This document shows positions 41,328 to 51,364 of a stretch of DNA of 64,000 bases, in pieces. Origin of the DNA: a bacterium (GTDB taxonomy: Bacteria > Actinomycetota > Acidimicrobiia > Acidimicrobiales > Bin134); NCBI GenBank assembly GCA_026708015.1, contig JAPOVT010000065.1:5345-69344 (forward strand). Direction: 5' to 3'. The translations under genes were made by a program, and so were the position numbers. The notes under the pieces were generated by a model. It did not search any database. It was not told where the DNA came from and saw nothing but the letters and a program-made list of their open reading frames with translations. How positions within the stretch are numbered: the stretch's first letter is position 1; the number at the start of each line of letters is the position of its first letter.

Positions 41328-42974
41328 GTGGAAGGGGCAGTGCTGTCATCGGCGTCAGGGCCCACTGACATCCCCCTGCTCGACGAGACCATTTCGGAGA
41401 ATCTGGCCCGGACAGTGGCCGCCCATGGCGATCGGGACGCGCTGGTGTCTGTCGAACAAGGGCTTCGCTACACCTACCGGGAGTTTGCAGACGCGGTCGA
41501 CGAGGTGGCCCCTGGGCTGTTAGCGCTGGACGTGCAAGTGGGCGACCGGGTAGGGATCTGGAGTCCAAACTGTGCGGAGTGGGTATTGGTGCAATACGCC
41601 ACGGCCCAAATAGGCGCGATCTTGGTCACCATCAACCCGGCTTACCGGACGGCCGAGCTGGAATACGTGCTCAACCAGTCTGGCATCAGCGTGCTGGTGG
41701 CTGCGGAGTCGTTCTCCCACAGCGACTACCGGGGCATGGTCGAGGAGGTGTGGGACCGGGTGCCGGCCCGGCAGGCGGTGTACCTCCAGACTTCGGATTG
41801 GGATGAGCTTCTGGCCGGTGGGGCCGCGGTTTCTTCTGATCGGCTGGTGAAGCGAGCCGCGGGACTGCGACCGGATGATCCGATCAATATCCAGTACACC
41901 AGCGGGACCACCGGGTTTCCCAAGGGGGCCACGCTCAGCCACCGCAACATATTGAACAACGGCTTTTTCGTGGGTGAGGCCTGCGGCTACACCCCCGCCG
42001 ACCGGGTGTGCATTCCGGTGCCGTTCTACCACTGCTTCGGCATGGTGCTGGGCAATTTGGCCTGCACCACCCACGGGGCGGCCATGGTGGTCCCCTCCGC
42101 GGGATTCGACGCCGCGGCCGCCTTGCGGGCCTGCGAGCAGGAGCGTTGCACCAGCTTGTACGGGGTGCCGACCATGTTCATCGCCGAACTGGGCGAGCCC
42201 GACCTCGACAACTACGACCTGTCATCGCTGCGCACCGGGATTATGGCTGGCTCGCCATGCCCGGTGGAGGTGATGAAGCAGGTGGTGGACCGGATGAATA
42301 TGAACCAGGTGACCATCGCCTACGGCATGACCGAGACCTCCCCTGTCTCCACCCAGACCTCCGCCGACGACTCGCTCGACAAGCGAGTTGCCACCGTGGG
42401 CCGGACCCATCCCCACGTGGAAGTCCGCATTGCCGATCCTGAGTCCGGCGACACTGTTCCCCGGGGCCAAGCCGGAGAGCTCATGACCCGGGGCTACTCG
42501 GTGATGCTGGGCTACTGGGACGATGAAGCCCGCACCGCCGAGGCCATCGACGACGAAGGCTGGATGCATACCGGCGACCTCGCCACCATGGACGACGACG
42601 GCTACATCAACATCGTCGGGCGCATCAAAGACATGATCATCCGGGGCGGCGAGAACGTCTATCCCCGCGAAATCGAGGAGTACCTCTACCGCCATCCCGA
42701 CGTAGTAGAGGTGCAGGTGATCGGGGTGCCCGATGCCCGATACGGCGAGGAGATCATGGCCTGGGTGCAACTGCGGGATGGGGCTGCACTGGACGCCGAC
42801 GACATCAAGGCGTTCTGCCAAGGGCAGATCGCCCACTACAAAATCCCCCGCTACATCAAGTTCACTGACGAGTTCCCCATGACCATCACCGGCAAGATCC
42901 AGAAGTACCTGATGCGGGAGCAGTCGATTCAAGAACTCGGTTTGGGCGCAACAGCCCAAGAACGACACGCTTGA
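41328..42974 (+). CDS. AMP-binding acyl-CoA synthetase
   Basis: [39 protein letters not shown]. Confidence 0.95.
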   Translation: MEGAVLSSASGPTDIPLLDETISENLARTVAAHGDRDALVSVEQGLRYTYREFADAVDEVAPGLLALDVQVGDRVGIWSPNCAEWVLVQYATAQIGAILVTINPAYRTAELEYVLNQSGISVLVAAESFSHSDYRGMVEEVWDRVPARQAVYLQTSDWDELLAGGAAVSSDRLVKRAAGLRPDDPINIQYTSGTTGFPKGATLSHRNILNNGFFVGEACGYTPADRVCIPVPFYHCFGMVLGNLACTTHGAAMVVPSAGFDAAAALRACEQERCTSLYGVPTMFIAELGEPDLDNYDLSSLRTGIMAGSPCPVEVMKQVVDRMNMNQVTIAYGMTETSPVSTQTSADDSLDKRVATVGRTHPHVEVRIADPESGDTVPRGQAGELMTRGYSVMLGYWDDEARTAEAIDDEGWMHTGDLATMDDDGYINIVGRIKDMIIRGGENVYPREIEEYLYRHPDVVEVQVIGVPDARYGEEIMAWVQLRDGAALDADDIKAFCQGQIAHYKIPRYIKFTDEFPMTITGKIQKYLMREQSIQELGLGATAQERHA

Positions 42975-44242
42975 CAGCAGAACCAAGCGAGGAAGCAAAG
43001 ATGGGGCACTACGAACACTTGCCGCGACCTGACTGGGTACGGCGCATGAACTTGTTTGGGACGGCGGTAGGAGATCCGGCCCGGCTGGTGAACCTGGACG
43101 CCGACGAGATGCTGGCGATAGCAGTCGAATCGGTAGGCCTGTCGGACTTCGGCGACGAACCGGGCTGGGAGGCCGGCTACCGGGCGTTGTGCGATGCACT
43201 AAATGAAGACGCCCAGCTGAATGTGGTGGGGCGGCTCAGTGCCCGGGGAGAGATTGTTCGAAACCTGCAGAACCGGCTGCGGATGGTGGACTATTGGAAG
43301 GCCAACCCCGATGCCCTCGCGGCCGATGTCGCCGCGCCGGTTTTCGTCTCCGGACCGCCCCGCACTGGGACCACCATCCTGCTGGAGCTTTTGGCGCTGG
43401 ACCCCAACTTGCGAGGCGTGCGGGGATACGAGGCCCACTTCCCACTGGGAACGCTGCCGGAGACGGGGGCCGACCCGCTGCTGTGCAGTGAGCCGGAACA
43501 GGAGTTCTGGGCCGACATCCAGCCCGAGTTCATGACGATGCACGAGCTGCGCAGCGACCTGCCAGTGGAGTGCATCCACTTCTGCCAGCCCGAGTTCCGC
43601 AGCTGGCACTGGCCGATGATGCACGCCATCGGCGATCTTGCCGAACGGGGTGCCCCTCTTGATTTCGGCGCGGTGTACCGATGGCACAAGAACTTCCTAC
43701 AGACTTTGCAGCACGTCGACGGAGCGCCGGCCCAGTTCCTGTTGAAGTCGCCAGCCCACATGGGAACGCTTACCGACCTTTTTGCCGCCTACCCCGATGC
43801 CCGGGTGATCCTGACCCATCGCGACCCGGTCAGGTTCTTGGGCTCGGTGGCCAACCTCACCACCACCCTCCACTGGATGCGAACTGATTCGGTAGCCCCG
43901 AGTGAGAATGGCCCGGTGATGCTGTTCATCTACCAGATGATGATGGACATGGTTATGCGCCAGCGGGCCTCGGGAGAGGTTCCCGACAACCAGATTGCCG
44001 ATCTCTTGTTCCGGGATCTGGTGAGCGAGCCGGTGACCGCGTTACAGGCCGTGTACGACCGATTGGGCCTGGAGTTCTCCGACGAGCTGGCCACCGCCAT
44101 CCCCGCCTATCTGGCCGATAAGCCCAAGGACAAGTTCGGCAAGCACGTCTACGACCCTATTGCTCTCGGACTCGACGAGTCCGCCATCCGCGACCAGTTC
44201 GCCGAATACATCGCTCACCACAACATCCCCCTCGAAGACTGA
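42971..44242 (+). CDS. Sulfotransferase (actinobacterial Stf-like)
   Basis: [12 protein letters not shown]-binding loop, LKSPAH, THRDP; start TTG 42971 or ATG 43001. Confidence 0.9.
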   Translation: MTAEPSEEAKMGHYEHLPRPDWVRRMNLFGTAVGDPARLVNLDADEMLAIAVESVGLSDFGDEPGWEAGYRALCDALNEDAQLNVVGRLSARGEIVRNLQNRLRMVDYWKANPDALAADVAAPVFVSGPPRTGTTILLELLALDPNLRGVRGYEAHFPLGTLPETGADPLLCSEPEQEFWADIQPEFMTMHELRSDLPVECIHFCQPEFRSWHWPMMHAIGDLAERGAPLDFGAVYRWHKNFLQTLQHVDGAPAQFLLKSPAHMGTLTDLFAAYPDARVILTHRDPVRFLGSVANLTTTLHWMRTDSVAPSENGPVMLFIYQMMMDMVMRQRASGEVPDNQIADLLFRDLVSEPVTALQAVYDRLGLEFSDELATAIPAYLADKPKDKFGKHVYDPIALGLDESAIRDQFAEYIAHHNIPLED

Positions 44243-44245
44243 GCT

Positions 44246-44632
44246 GTGAACGAAGTCACAAAACCGCTGATCAGGTCAATCCTTCATGTGCAGGTCGCCA
44301 TCCCGGTTGGCGGAGAAGACAAGGCTCGGGCGTTCTATGGCGGGCTGCTGGGGTTGGTTGAAGTCGCCAAGCCGCCCGAGCTGGCCAAGCGGGGCGGATG
44401 CTGGTTCGAACTGCCGGAGGGGACGTGCGGGCAGTTGCACCTGGGAGCCGACCCAGACTTCCGACCGGCCCGAAAGGCGCATGTGGCTTTCCAGGCCACC
44501 GATCTGGGTGAATTGGCCGACGCCGCCCGATCTCAGGAATATGAAGTGGTCAACGACACAGCCGATGGGACTGAGCGTGTCTACGTTTACGACCCGTTTG
44601 GCAACCGCCTAGAGTTCTGCGCCCATGATTGA
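44246..44632 (+). CDS. VOC/glyoxalase family protein
   Basis: HVQVAIP, ARAFYGGLLGL, QLHLG, AHVAF, DPFGNRLE. Confidence 0.9.
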   Translation: MNEVTKPLIRSILHVQVAIPVGGEDKARAFYGGLLGLVEVAKPPELAKRGGCWFELPEGTCGQLHLGADPDFRPARKAHVAFQATDLGELADAARSQEYEVVNDTADGTERVYVYDPFGNRLEFCAHD

Positions 44633-45821
44633 CGCGGCGTCGCTGGACGATCCCGATACGTTTGTCGCGGGGCTGCCGCTGGGGTTGTTGGCCCAACTCC
44701 GGGAAGAGGAACCGGTGCACTGGCTCCCCCACCGGCGGGGCGGAGGGCGCTATGTGGTCACCAGCTACCAATACGTGCGGGAGTTCAACCGGGACTGGCG
44801 GCAATTCTCCTCCTCCCAGCTGGCTGTTTCAGGGGGCGAGGGCGAGCACCGCGGCCAAGGGGCCATCACCTTGCTGGAGTTCGACCCTCCGGACCACACC
44901 GCGCTGCGTCTGTTGGTGAATCGGGGATTCACTCCCCGCGCCATCCGTCGACTGGAGGAAAGCGCCCACCGCATCGCGGGTGAGCTAGTCGACAAGTTCA
45001 TAGCCGAGGGTGGGGGCGACGCCGCCGAGTTGCTAGCCGCCCAGCTGCCCCTCCAGGTGACGGGTGAGATGCTGGGCATCCCGGTGTCCGACCGGAACGA
45101 CATCTTGGCCTGGACCAACACCGCCATCGGGGCTTTCGACCCCGAGATGTGCCCAACGATGGACGACGCCCGGGCGGCCATGGCCAACTTCGCCAAATAC
45201 GGCCAAGCCCACATCGCCCGCCGGAAGGGCGAGCCCGGCGACGACGTGTTCAGCAGCCTCGTCCACGCCGAATACGAAGGACGGCGGCTCACCGATGAGG
45301 AGTTGGGCGGATGGTGGCAGCTCTTGGTCACCGGCAGCACTGAGACCACCCGCAACCTGCTGAGCAGCGGGCTGATGCTGCTGTTGGACCACCCCGACCA
45401 GGCCACGGCGCTGGCCGCCGATGAGTCGCTGCTGGACGGGGCCATCGACGAGATGCTGCGGGTGGTGACCCCGGTCATGCACCACCAGCGACGGGTGACC
45501 GCTCCGACGGAGCACGAAAGCGGGGTCAGCTTCGAGTCCGGGCAGATCGTTGACCTCTGGATGACCTCGGCTAATCGCGATCCCGAGGTGTTCGACAACC
45601 CCGACGTCTTCGACATCCGCAGAGACGCCAGCCACCACCTGTCGCTCGGCTCCGGGGGTCCCCACTACTGCTTGGGCGCCAACCTGGCCAAGACCGAGGC
45701 CCGGGCCTACTTCTCGGCCCTGGTCCCCTACCTAGGACGCATGGAGCGGACCGGTCCTGAGTCGAGGCTTCGCACCACCCATTTCAACAGCCTCAAGCAC
45801 TTGCCGGTGGCAGTGAAATAG
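44625..45821 (+). CDS. Cytochrome P450 (CYP125/142-like)
   Basis: DPPDHTALR, GSTETTRN, EMLR, LGSGGPHYCLGA. Confidence 0.92.
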   Translation: MIDAASLDDPDTFVAGLPLGLLAQLREEEPVHWLPHRRGGGRYVVTSYQYVREFNRDWRQFSSSQLAVSGGEGEHRGQGAITLLEFDPPDHTALRLLVNRGFTPRAIRRLEESAHRIAGELVDKFIAEGGGDAAELLAAQLPLQVTGEMLGIPVSDRNDILAWTNTAIGAFDPEMCPTMDDARAAMANFAKYGQAHIARRKGEPGDDVFSSLVHAEYEGRRLTDEELGGWWQLLVTGSTETTRNLLSSGLMLLLDHPDQATALAADESLLDGAIDEMLRVVTPVMHHQRRVTAPTEHESGVSFESGQIVDLWMTSANRDPEVFDNPDVFDIRRDASHHLSLGSGGPHYCLGANLAKTEARAYFSALVPYLGRMERTGPESRLRTTHFNSLKHLPVAVK

Positions 45822-45903
45822 TTCGCTCTCCCGCCGGGTTGTAGAGCATGACGCAGGCGACTCGTGTTGTCGGCTATGAGAAGATGGTTCAAGAGGAGGC
45901 CCA

Positions 45904-46335
45904 ATGAGGTTGCAGCTGGCGTTGAACGTGTCCGATCTGGAAGAGGCGGTGGACTTCTACTCCCGCCTCTTCGGGGTGGAGCCCGCCCGACGGCGACCGG
46001 GGTACGCCAACTTCGCCATCGATGAACCGCCGCTCAAGCTGGTGCTGTTCGAGGCCGGCAGCGGGGCGGCCGACGAAGAAGGGTGCTGCAACGGCGCTGG
46101 CGGCACGATCAACCATCTTGGGGTGGAGGTGGAGACCACCGAAGAGGTGCTCGACGCTGAACGCCGAATCAGCGAATCGGGCCTAGCCACTTCGGGAGTG
46201 GACGACACCCAGTGCTGCTTTGCCGAGAAGACCGAGACTTGGATAGCCGGCCCCGACGGCACCGCCTGGGAATGGTACGTCCGCACCGGCGACAGCGAAG
46301 TCCTAGAGAACGTGGTGACCGCCACCCGCAGCTGA
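45904..46335 (+). CDS. ArsI/CadI family VOC metalloenzyme
   Basis: RLQLALNV, GYANFAI..PPLKLVL, NHLGVEV, CCFA, PDG..WEWY. Confidence 0.9.
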   Translation: MRLQLALNVSDLEEAVDFYSRLFGVEPARRRPGYANFAIDEPPLKLVLFEAGSGAADEEGCCNGAGGTINHLGVEVETTEEVLDAERRISESGLATSGVDDTQCCFAEKTETWIAGPDGTAWEWYVRTGDSEVLENVVTATRS

Positions 46336-46387
46336 GCCCCACCTCCTACCTGGGGCCCATCACGAGAGCTAGGTTGCCGATACTGGC

Positions 46388-46415
46388 TTGATATCTGAAT
46401 TAGTTCAGATATTCT
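46388..46415 (+). promoter_or_regulatory. Promoter with perfect palindromic operator
   Basis: TTGATA-N16-TATTCT, 6 nt before ATG 46422; ATATCTGAA-TTAG-TTCAGATAT at 46391-46412. Confidence 0.8.
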
Positions 46416-46421
46416 GACTCG

Positions 46422-46886
46422 ATGCAGGTTATCGAGCGCACCTTCTCCGAATTCCTCCGACAGCCGAAAGAGGTGACGGCCGACCTTTCCCAGCACGACG
46501 TGGTGCTGCGCCGGCGCAATGCCCCCGATCTTTACCTCAGCCTCGCCGCCCGCGACACAAGCCGGGCTAAGACCATCGAATGTCTGGCCCGCCTTCTCTG
46601 CAAAATTTCTGCGGATTCTCCCGGAGCAATGGAAGATGCCATTGAGGACGCCTTCCCATGGGTCGAATTCCTCTCTGCCGATGGCCGTCGCGAATTCGCC
46701 GAGGATCTGACGCGGACCATTCTGGCCTCGGCCAGCGTCGAGAGCTTTGAACTAGTCGATCTCACCATCGACTCTTGGCAGAATACGGCCGAAATACTCA
46801 GCGACCCCGAACTCACCGCCCTGCTCTCCGGTCCCTTCACCATCACCCACGGCGGACCCGTCCTTCCTCCCCCTGCCGCTGACTGA
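46422..46886 (+). CDS. Putative extended Phd/YefM-like antitoxin
   Basis: FSEFLRQPKEV..DVVLRRRNAPDLYL N-terminus; WQNTAEILSDPEL; TGATG coupling to the next gene. Confidence 0.65.
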   Translation: MQVIERTFSEFLRQPKEVTADLSQHDVVLRRRNAPDLYLSLAARDTSRAKTIECLARLLCKISADSPGAMEDAIEDAFPWVEFLSADGRREFAEDLTRTILASASVESFELVDLTIDSWQNTAEILSDPELTALLSGPFTITHGGPVLPPPAAD

Positions 46887-47230
46887 TGCCCCGACGCCGG
46901 GACCGAGTCGCCCCACCGCCGCGCAAGGGCGGATGGGACTGCCGCTTCGACAACAATGCAGCAGCCAAGTCCTGGGAACAGGTCAGCGCCTCTGTCCCCA
47001 ACAATGTCCGAGCGGCATGGGAGCTCATCACCGCCGATCCTCGTCGTTGGGATAGGCGCCAAAAGTCGCTAAAGGACGACTTGGCCACGGCAGTAGTCAA
47101 TGGCATCGAGATGCCCCAGTGGCAATACGAGGTCACCGCCGGTGCCCGCATCTGGTACTGCATCGACGACGACAAGAAAACCATCTGGGTGACCGCCGTC
47201 CACCCCGGCCACCCCAAAGCCACCGAGTAG
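46886..47230 (+). CDS. Putative divergent RelE-fold toxin
   Basis: 114 aa; LK, WQYEVTAGARIWYCID..IWVT..HP pattern resembles RelE strands. Confidence 0.6.
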   Translation: MPRRRDRVAPPPRKGGWDCRFDNNAAAKSWEQVSASVPNNVRAAWELITADPRRWDRRQKSLKDDLATAVVNGIEMPQWQYEVTAGARIWYCIDDDKKTIWVTAVHPGHPKATE

Positions 47231-47282
47231 GCATTCTGCCGTCGGGGGCAAGCTGTCACAGGCAGGGGATAGATTGTCAGCG

Positions 47283-50135
47283 ATGGCAGAAATAGAAGTT
47301 TCAGACAGGGAACGGCAACTCCGCAAGCGCTGGTATGAAGCGCATCGAAGGCGATTCTTGGCGGATGAGGTAGGGCTCAGCCAGATTGACAGCAACTACG
47401 CAGGGTTTGATGCCAGCGCCGCGGAGGCTTTGGAGTTGCTGGTGGGCCTTCGGCGATCGGGCGGCTTGGATGCCTTCATCGGGGAAATTCGCAAGTGGGC
47501 GGTGAAGCCCGGCACGCTTGCTTTCAACGGGCACAGCGGCCAAATGATGTTGAACCAGTTGGCTAAACATTCTGACGATCCCGAACGGTTAGCCATGTTA
47601 CTGGCCGAATCGCTCAGCGAACCGGGCTCCGAACGGGATGCTGTCAGCAAAATCGCCACCCTGGTCGCCTACGTGGAAGAGATCAAGGTCGGCAGCCACC
47701 CGGCACCTGGGCATGTCCCATTTCTGTGCTCGTATTTCTGGGGACTCGCCAATCATCAGCGCTGGCCGGTGATTTGGACGAGCGGCACCTCCTACATTGA
47801 ATACTCCACCGGGGAAAGCCTGCCCGAAGACCAAGCAGAAAAGTACGGGTTCTTCCTGAAATGCATAAGGGAGCTCACTGATGATCCCGTCGAGTTCGAG
47901 AAGACTGCCTCTTGGTGGCAGAGCCAAGGGCCTGTATTTCTTGACGAGGTGCTGGCTGATCGCGCTTCGTTCGGTTTGGAGGCCGAGTTGGCGACAGAAG
48001 AGGACTTGGGGCGCAACGCCCGCGCCTTGGTGAGCGTCGCCAGCTTTTGGGGCAAACGGCTTGCCAATGATGTCGAAGAGGCACTCGGACGTGCAGTCAC
48101 CGTTGGCAAACCCTCGGTACACCTCAAGCAGGGCAATCCAAGATCTGACGTCTGGGTGGACTGGCGAGTCCAAAGTTCACATGCGAATGACCTCAATCTG
48201 CGGGTTTGGACAGTTCCTCAGGGCGCAGCGGTGGGCTTGCGGCCCGGGGTCAGAACCAAGGGCTGGAGGAAGAAAATCGCCGAGGTCCTCGACCGGGCCG
48301 ATTATCCGGGCTGTCGCGTGCTCGGAAATGCCAACACCCCCATCGGCGACGATGTTGGCCTGTTAGGCGCACACGGCGGGGAAATTGTCTACGGACGGTG
48401 GTTGGACCGGGAGAACTTTGCAGACCTCGACTTGGCGGCCACGGTTGTTGAGACGGCTAGGCAGCTGAGGCCGTTGTTCGATGAGATGTTGACCCTCGCC
48501 ACTGACTCGCCGCCCGGCCCGCGGGAGGTTCCTGACGATCATTTCCTCAAGCCGCTAGTGGAGAAGTGGTTAGCTGAAACCGATTACCCGAACCAATGGC
48601 ACAAAGACGCAGTAGCGCAGCGCGAGCGCTTCGCCGAGCTGCTGGCTCCTGAAAGGATTTCGATAGACGACTGGCCAGAAATCCGCCGCATTTGGACTAC
48701 GAAGGAGGCTGGCGGCGCAGGGGCGATGGGTACCTTGAATACAGCACTCAAGGATGCGGACGAGTCTGAAATCCGCAGATTTCTAGAGATCGTTCGCTAC
48801 TTGTGCTGGGGGACAGATCCCGATGTAGAGCGTATTCGCCGAGTTCTTGAAGATGACGAAATGCGGTTTACAGGATTGGGCGAATCCCTGGTCATGAAGT
48901 TTCTGTGGATCTCCCACCCAGAACGTTACGGGAGTATCTACAAGTATTGGGACGATAACGGCAAGCAGGCAGTTCTCAATCGTCTCAACATCGAAGAGCC
49001 AAGCGGTTCCCGGGCCGAGAGGCAATATGAGTCCGCACGGATTCTCAACGAGCTAACCGAGCCGTTCTTTCCCGGGGACACATTGGCTCAGTCGGATTTT
49101 TTCTGGTGGGTGCTCCGTCGACCTGAAGAGCCAGAGAACGGAGTACCAGGGACTGGGGAGTCTGACTCAGAGGGCGAAACCGACCTGATGGAGGATCTGG
49201 CTGCGGAGCTGTTGATTCAACGGGAGTTCTTGGACGATGCGGTGGCCCTGCTGGAGGACAAGGGGCAGGTGATCTTCTATGGGCCGCCGGGGACGGGGAA
49301 GACCTACTTGGCTCGCAAGTTGGCCGAAGCCCTCACCGCTGACCCGAGCCGTCGGGCGTTGGTGCAGTTTCACCCGTCTAGTTCCTACGAAGACTTCTTT
49401 GAGGGATACCGGCCCGAAGCCGAAGAAGGCGACATGACTTATCGACTCACCCCGGGCCCCCTTGCGCTTATGGCTGAACGGGCCGAGGAATCCCCTGCTC
49501 GTCAGCATGTGATGATCATCGATGAGATCAACCGGGCCAATCTTCCCAAGGTGCTGGGCGAGTTGCTGTTCTTGCTGGAGTACCGGGACGAGAGCATCCA
49601 AACCCTGTACCGGCCCGAGGAAGAGTTCGCGTTGCCGGGCAACCTCTGGTTCATCGGCACCATGAACACGGCAGACCGCTCGATTGCCCTTGTGGATGCC
49701 GCCCTGCGCCGCCGGTTCCACTTCATCCCGTTTTTCCCGAACCGCAAGCCAATAGCGGGGCTGTTGGATCGCTGGCTCGAGGCGAACGATGAACCTGCGT
49801 GGGTGGGCGAGTTTGTGGCACAAGTCAACGACGAACTCAAAGATGTATTAGGTGGGGACGACTTGCTTGTCGGGCCAAGTCACTTCATGAAGGACGGCTT
49901 AGACACCGAGGCTGTGCGGCGAATTTGGGAGTACAACATCGAACCGTTCATCGAAGACCAGTTCTTCGGCGATCCTGCGGAGATCGAGCGGTTCAGGTTT
50001 GACAATGTCTATCGGCGGTACCGCAGCTATTCGGGTCAAGACGAACTGGAGGCGGTCCAAGAACAGCCCGCAACCACCGAGCCGTCCGACGAGGACGACG
50101 AATCGCAAGAAAACCAACACGGCGAGGCGGAGTGA
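47283..50135 (+). CDS. mcrB: McrB-like AAA+ GTPase with ~640-aa N-terminal region
   Basis: GPPGTGKT, VQFHPSSSYEDF, IIDEINR, MNTADRS, ALRRRF; ATG 7 nt after TAGATT. Confidence 0.92.
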   Translation: MAEIEVSDRERQLRKRWYEAHRRRFLADEVGLSQIDSNYAGFDASAAEALELLVGLRRSGGLDAFIGEIRKWAVKPGTLAFNGHSGQMMLNQLAKHSDDPERLAMLLAESLSEPGSERDAVSKIATLVAYVEEIKVGSHPAPGHVPFLCSYFWGLANHQRWPVIWTSGTSYIEYSTGESLPEDQAEKYGFFLKCIRELTDDPVEFEKTASWWQSQGPVFLDEVLADRASFGLEAELATEEDLGRNARALVSVASFWGKRLANDVEEALGRAVTVGKPSVHLKQGNPRSDVWVDWRVQSSHANDLNLRVWTVPQGAAVGLRPGVRTKGWRKKIAEVLDRADYPGCRVLGNANTPIGDDVGLLGAHGGEIVYGRWLDRENFADLDLAATVVETARQLRPLFDEMLTLATDSPPGPREVPDDHFLKPLVEKWLAETDYPNQWHKDAVAQRERFAELLAPERISIDDWPEIRRIWTTKEAGGAGAMGTLNTALKDADESEIRRFLEIVRYLCWGTDPDVERIRRVLEDDEMRFTGLGESLVMKFLWISHPERYGSIYKYWDDNGKQAVLNRLNIEEPSGSRAERQYESARILNELTEPFFPGDTLAQSDFFWWVLRRPEEPENGVPGTGESDSEGETDLMEDLAAELLIQREFLDDAVALLEDKGQVIFYGPPGTGKTYLARKLAEALTADPSRRALVQFHPSSSYEDFFEGYRPEAEEGDMTYRLTPGPLALMAERAEESPARQHVMIIDEINRANLPKVLGELLFLLEYRDESIQTLYRPEEEFALPGNLWFIGTMNTADRSIALVDAALRRRFHFIPFFPNRKPIAGLLDRWLEANDEPAWVGEFVAQVNDELKDVLGGDDLLVGPSHFMKDGLDTEAVRRIWEYNIEPFIEDQFFGDPAEIERFRFDNVYRRYRSYSGQDELEAVQEQPATTEPSDEDDESQENQHGEAE

Positions 50136-51364
50136 TCAACACGATCACGCTCTACGAGTACGAGCGGAAATCGCATCGGATCTCTGAATCCCAATCACGT
50201 CGCCTTGCCTCCGTGGGAAAGGGCGCGATCACCGTAGAGCCGGAGGCTCACCACGGTTACTACTCAATCACCGCCCAGAACATGGTAGGCACCCTGGTGG
50301 TCGATGATCTCCGGGTGCTGATCCGCCCGAAGATCCGCCCTGAGAACCTGTTTCTGCTGCTGGAAGTGGGCTTGGACCCAAATGCTTGGCGGCAGGAGGC
50401 CTTCGACTACGCGATAAGCGCCAACCTATTGCCTTCGGTGATTGCCTTCTATGCACGCACCTTGGAGACCACCCTGGCCCGAGGACTCCTTCGCTCGTAC
50501 CGCCATACCGAGGAGCGGCTGGTGTCGCTGCGGGGGCGTATCGACATGGCCGGGCAGTTCCGCCAAGCAGGAATCCGGGTGCCGGTGGCGTGCCGATTCG
50601 ACGAGCACACCTCCGACATCGCCGAGAACCGCTATCTGAAGGCCGCAACCCGATTGGCACTGAGGGTTCCCGGTGTGGCTCCAGAGGATCGTCAAAGGTT
50701 GCTCCGGGAGGTCGTGTCACTGGAGGATGTGGCCGACGTCCACGTTCAACCTGACGAACTCGACCGAATTGCGTTCACCCGTTTGAACGTTCACTATCAG
50801 CCTGCGCTGCGCCTCGCCCGACTGCTGCTCGCGAATCTGACTCTGGCCGACCGGCTCGGGCACAACGCCGCTTCGTCGTTCCTGGTGGACATGAACCAAC
50901 TCTTCGAAGACTTCATCACCCAGCGGCTGCGACGGGCGTTGCAGGGCCGTCTCGAAGTAGTGAGCCCATTGAACTCCCATTTGGCAACTCGCAACCAAGT
51001 GCCGATCCGACCCGACTTGGTGTTCCGCAGTCAGGGCCAAGAGGTCTATGTGGCCGACATCAAGTACAAGCTCACCGACGATGCCCGGGCCCGGACCAGC
51101 GACTACTACCAGCTATTGGCGTACACAACCGCTTTGGATCTGCCAGAGGGAGTGCTGATCTACTGCGTAACAGACGGGGGCCGTCCCGAACGGACCGTCA
51201 CCGTCCGCCACGCCGGGAAGCTCCTCCACACCCTGGCCATCAATCTCCGCGGGTCGCCTACCGAAGTAGCCGCAGAAATCGCCATGGCTGCCACCTGGAT
51301 CAATCAGCGTGTCCGGGCAATCCACCCGTTGATTGCCCCTGTTCGACGAAAGCCAGCAGCTTGA
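50132..51364 (+). CDS. mcrC: McrC-like PD-(D/E)xK nuclease subunit
   Basis: GRID, DIAENR, LVDMNQLFE, RPDLV..ADIKYK..DYYQLLAY; GTGA overlap with mcrB. Confidence 0.92.
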   Translation: MINTITLYEYERKSHRISESQSRRLASVGKGAITVEPEAHHGYYSITAQNMVGTLVVDDLRVLIRPKIRPENLFLLLEVGLDPNAWRQEAFDYAISANLLPSVIAFYARTLETTLARGLLRSYRHTEERLVSLRGRIDMAGQFRQAGIRVPVACRFDEHTSDIAENRYLKAATRLALRVPGVAPEDRQRLLREVVSLEDVADVHVQPDELDRIAFTRLNVHYQPALRLARLLLANLTLADRLGHNAASSFLVDMNQLFEDFITQRLRRALQGRLEVVSPLNSHLATRNQVPIRPDLVFRSQGQEVYVADIKYKLTDDARARTSDYYQLLAYTTALDLPEGVLIYCVTDGGRPERTVTVRHAGKLLHTLAINLRGSPTEVAAEIAMAATWINQRVRAIHPLIAPVRRKPAA

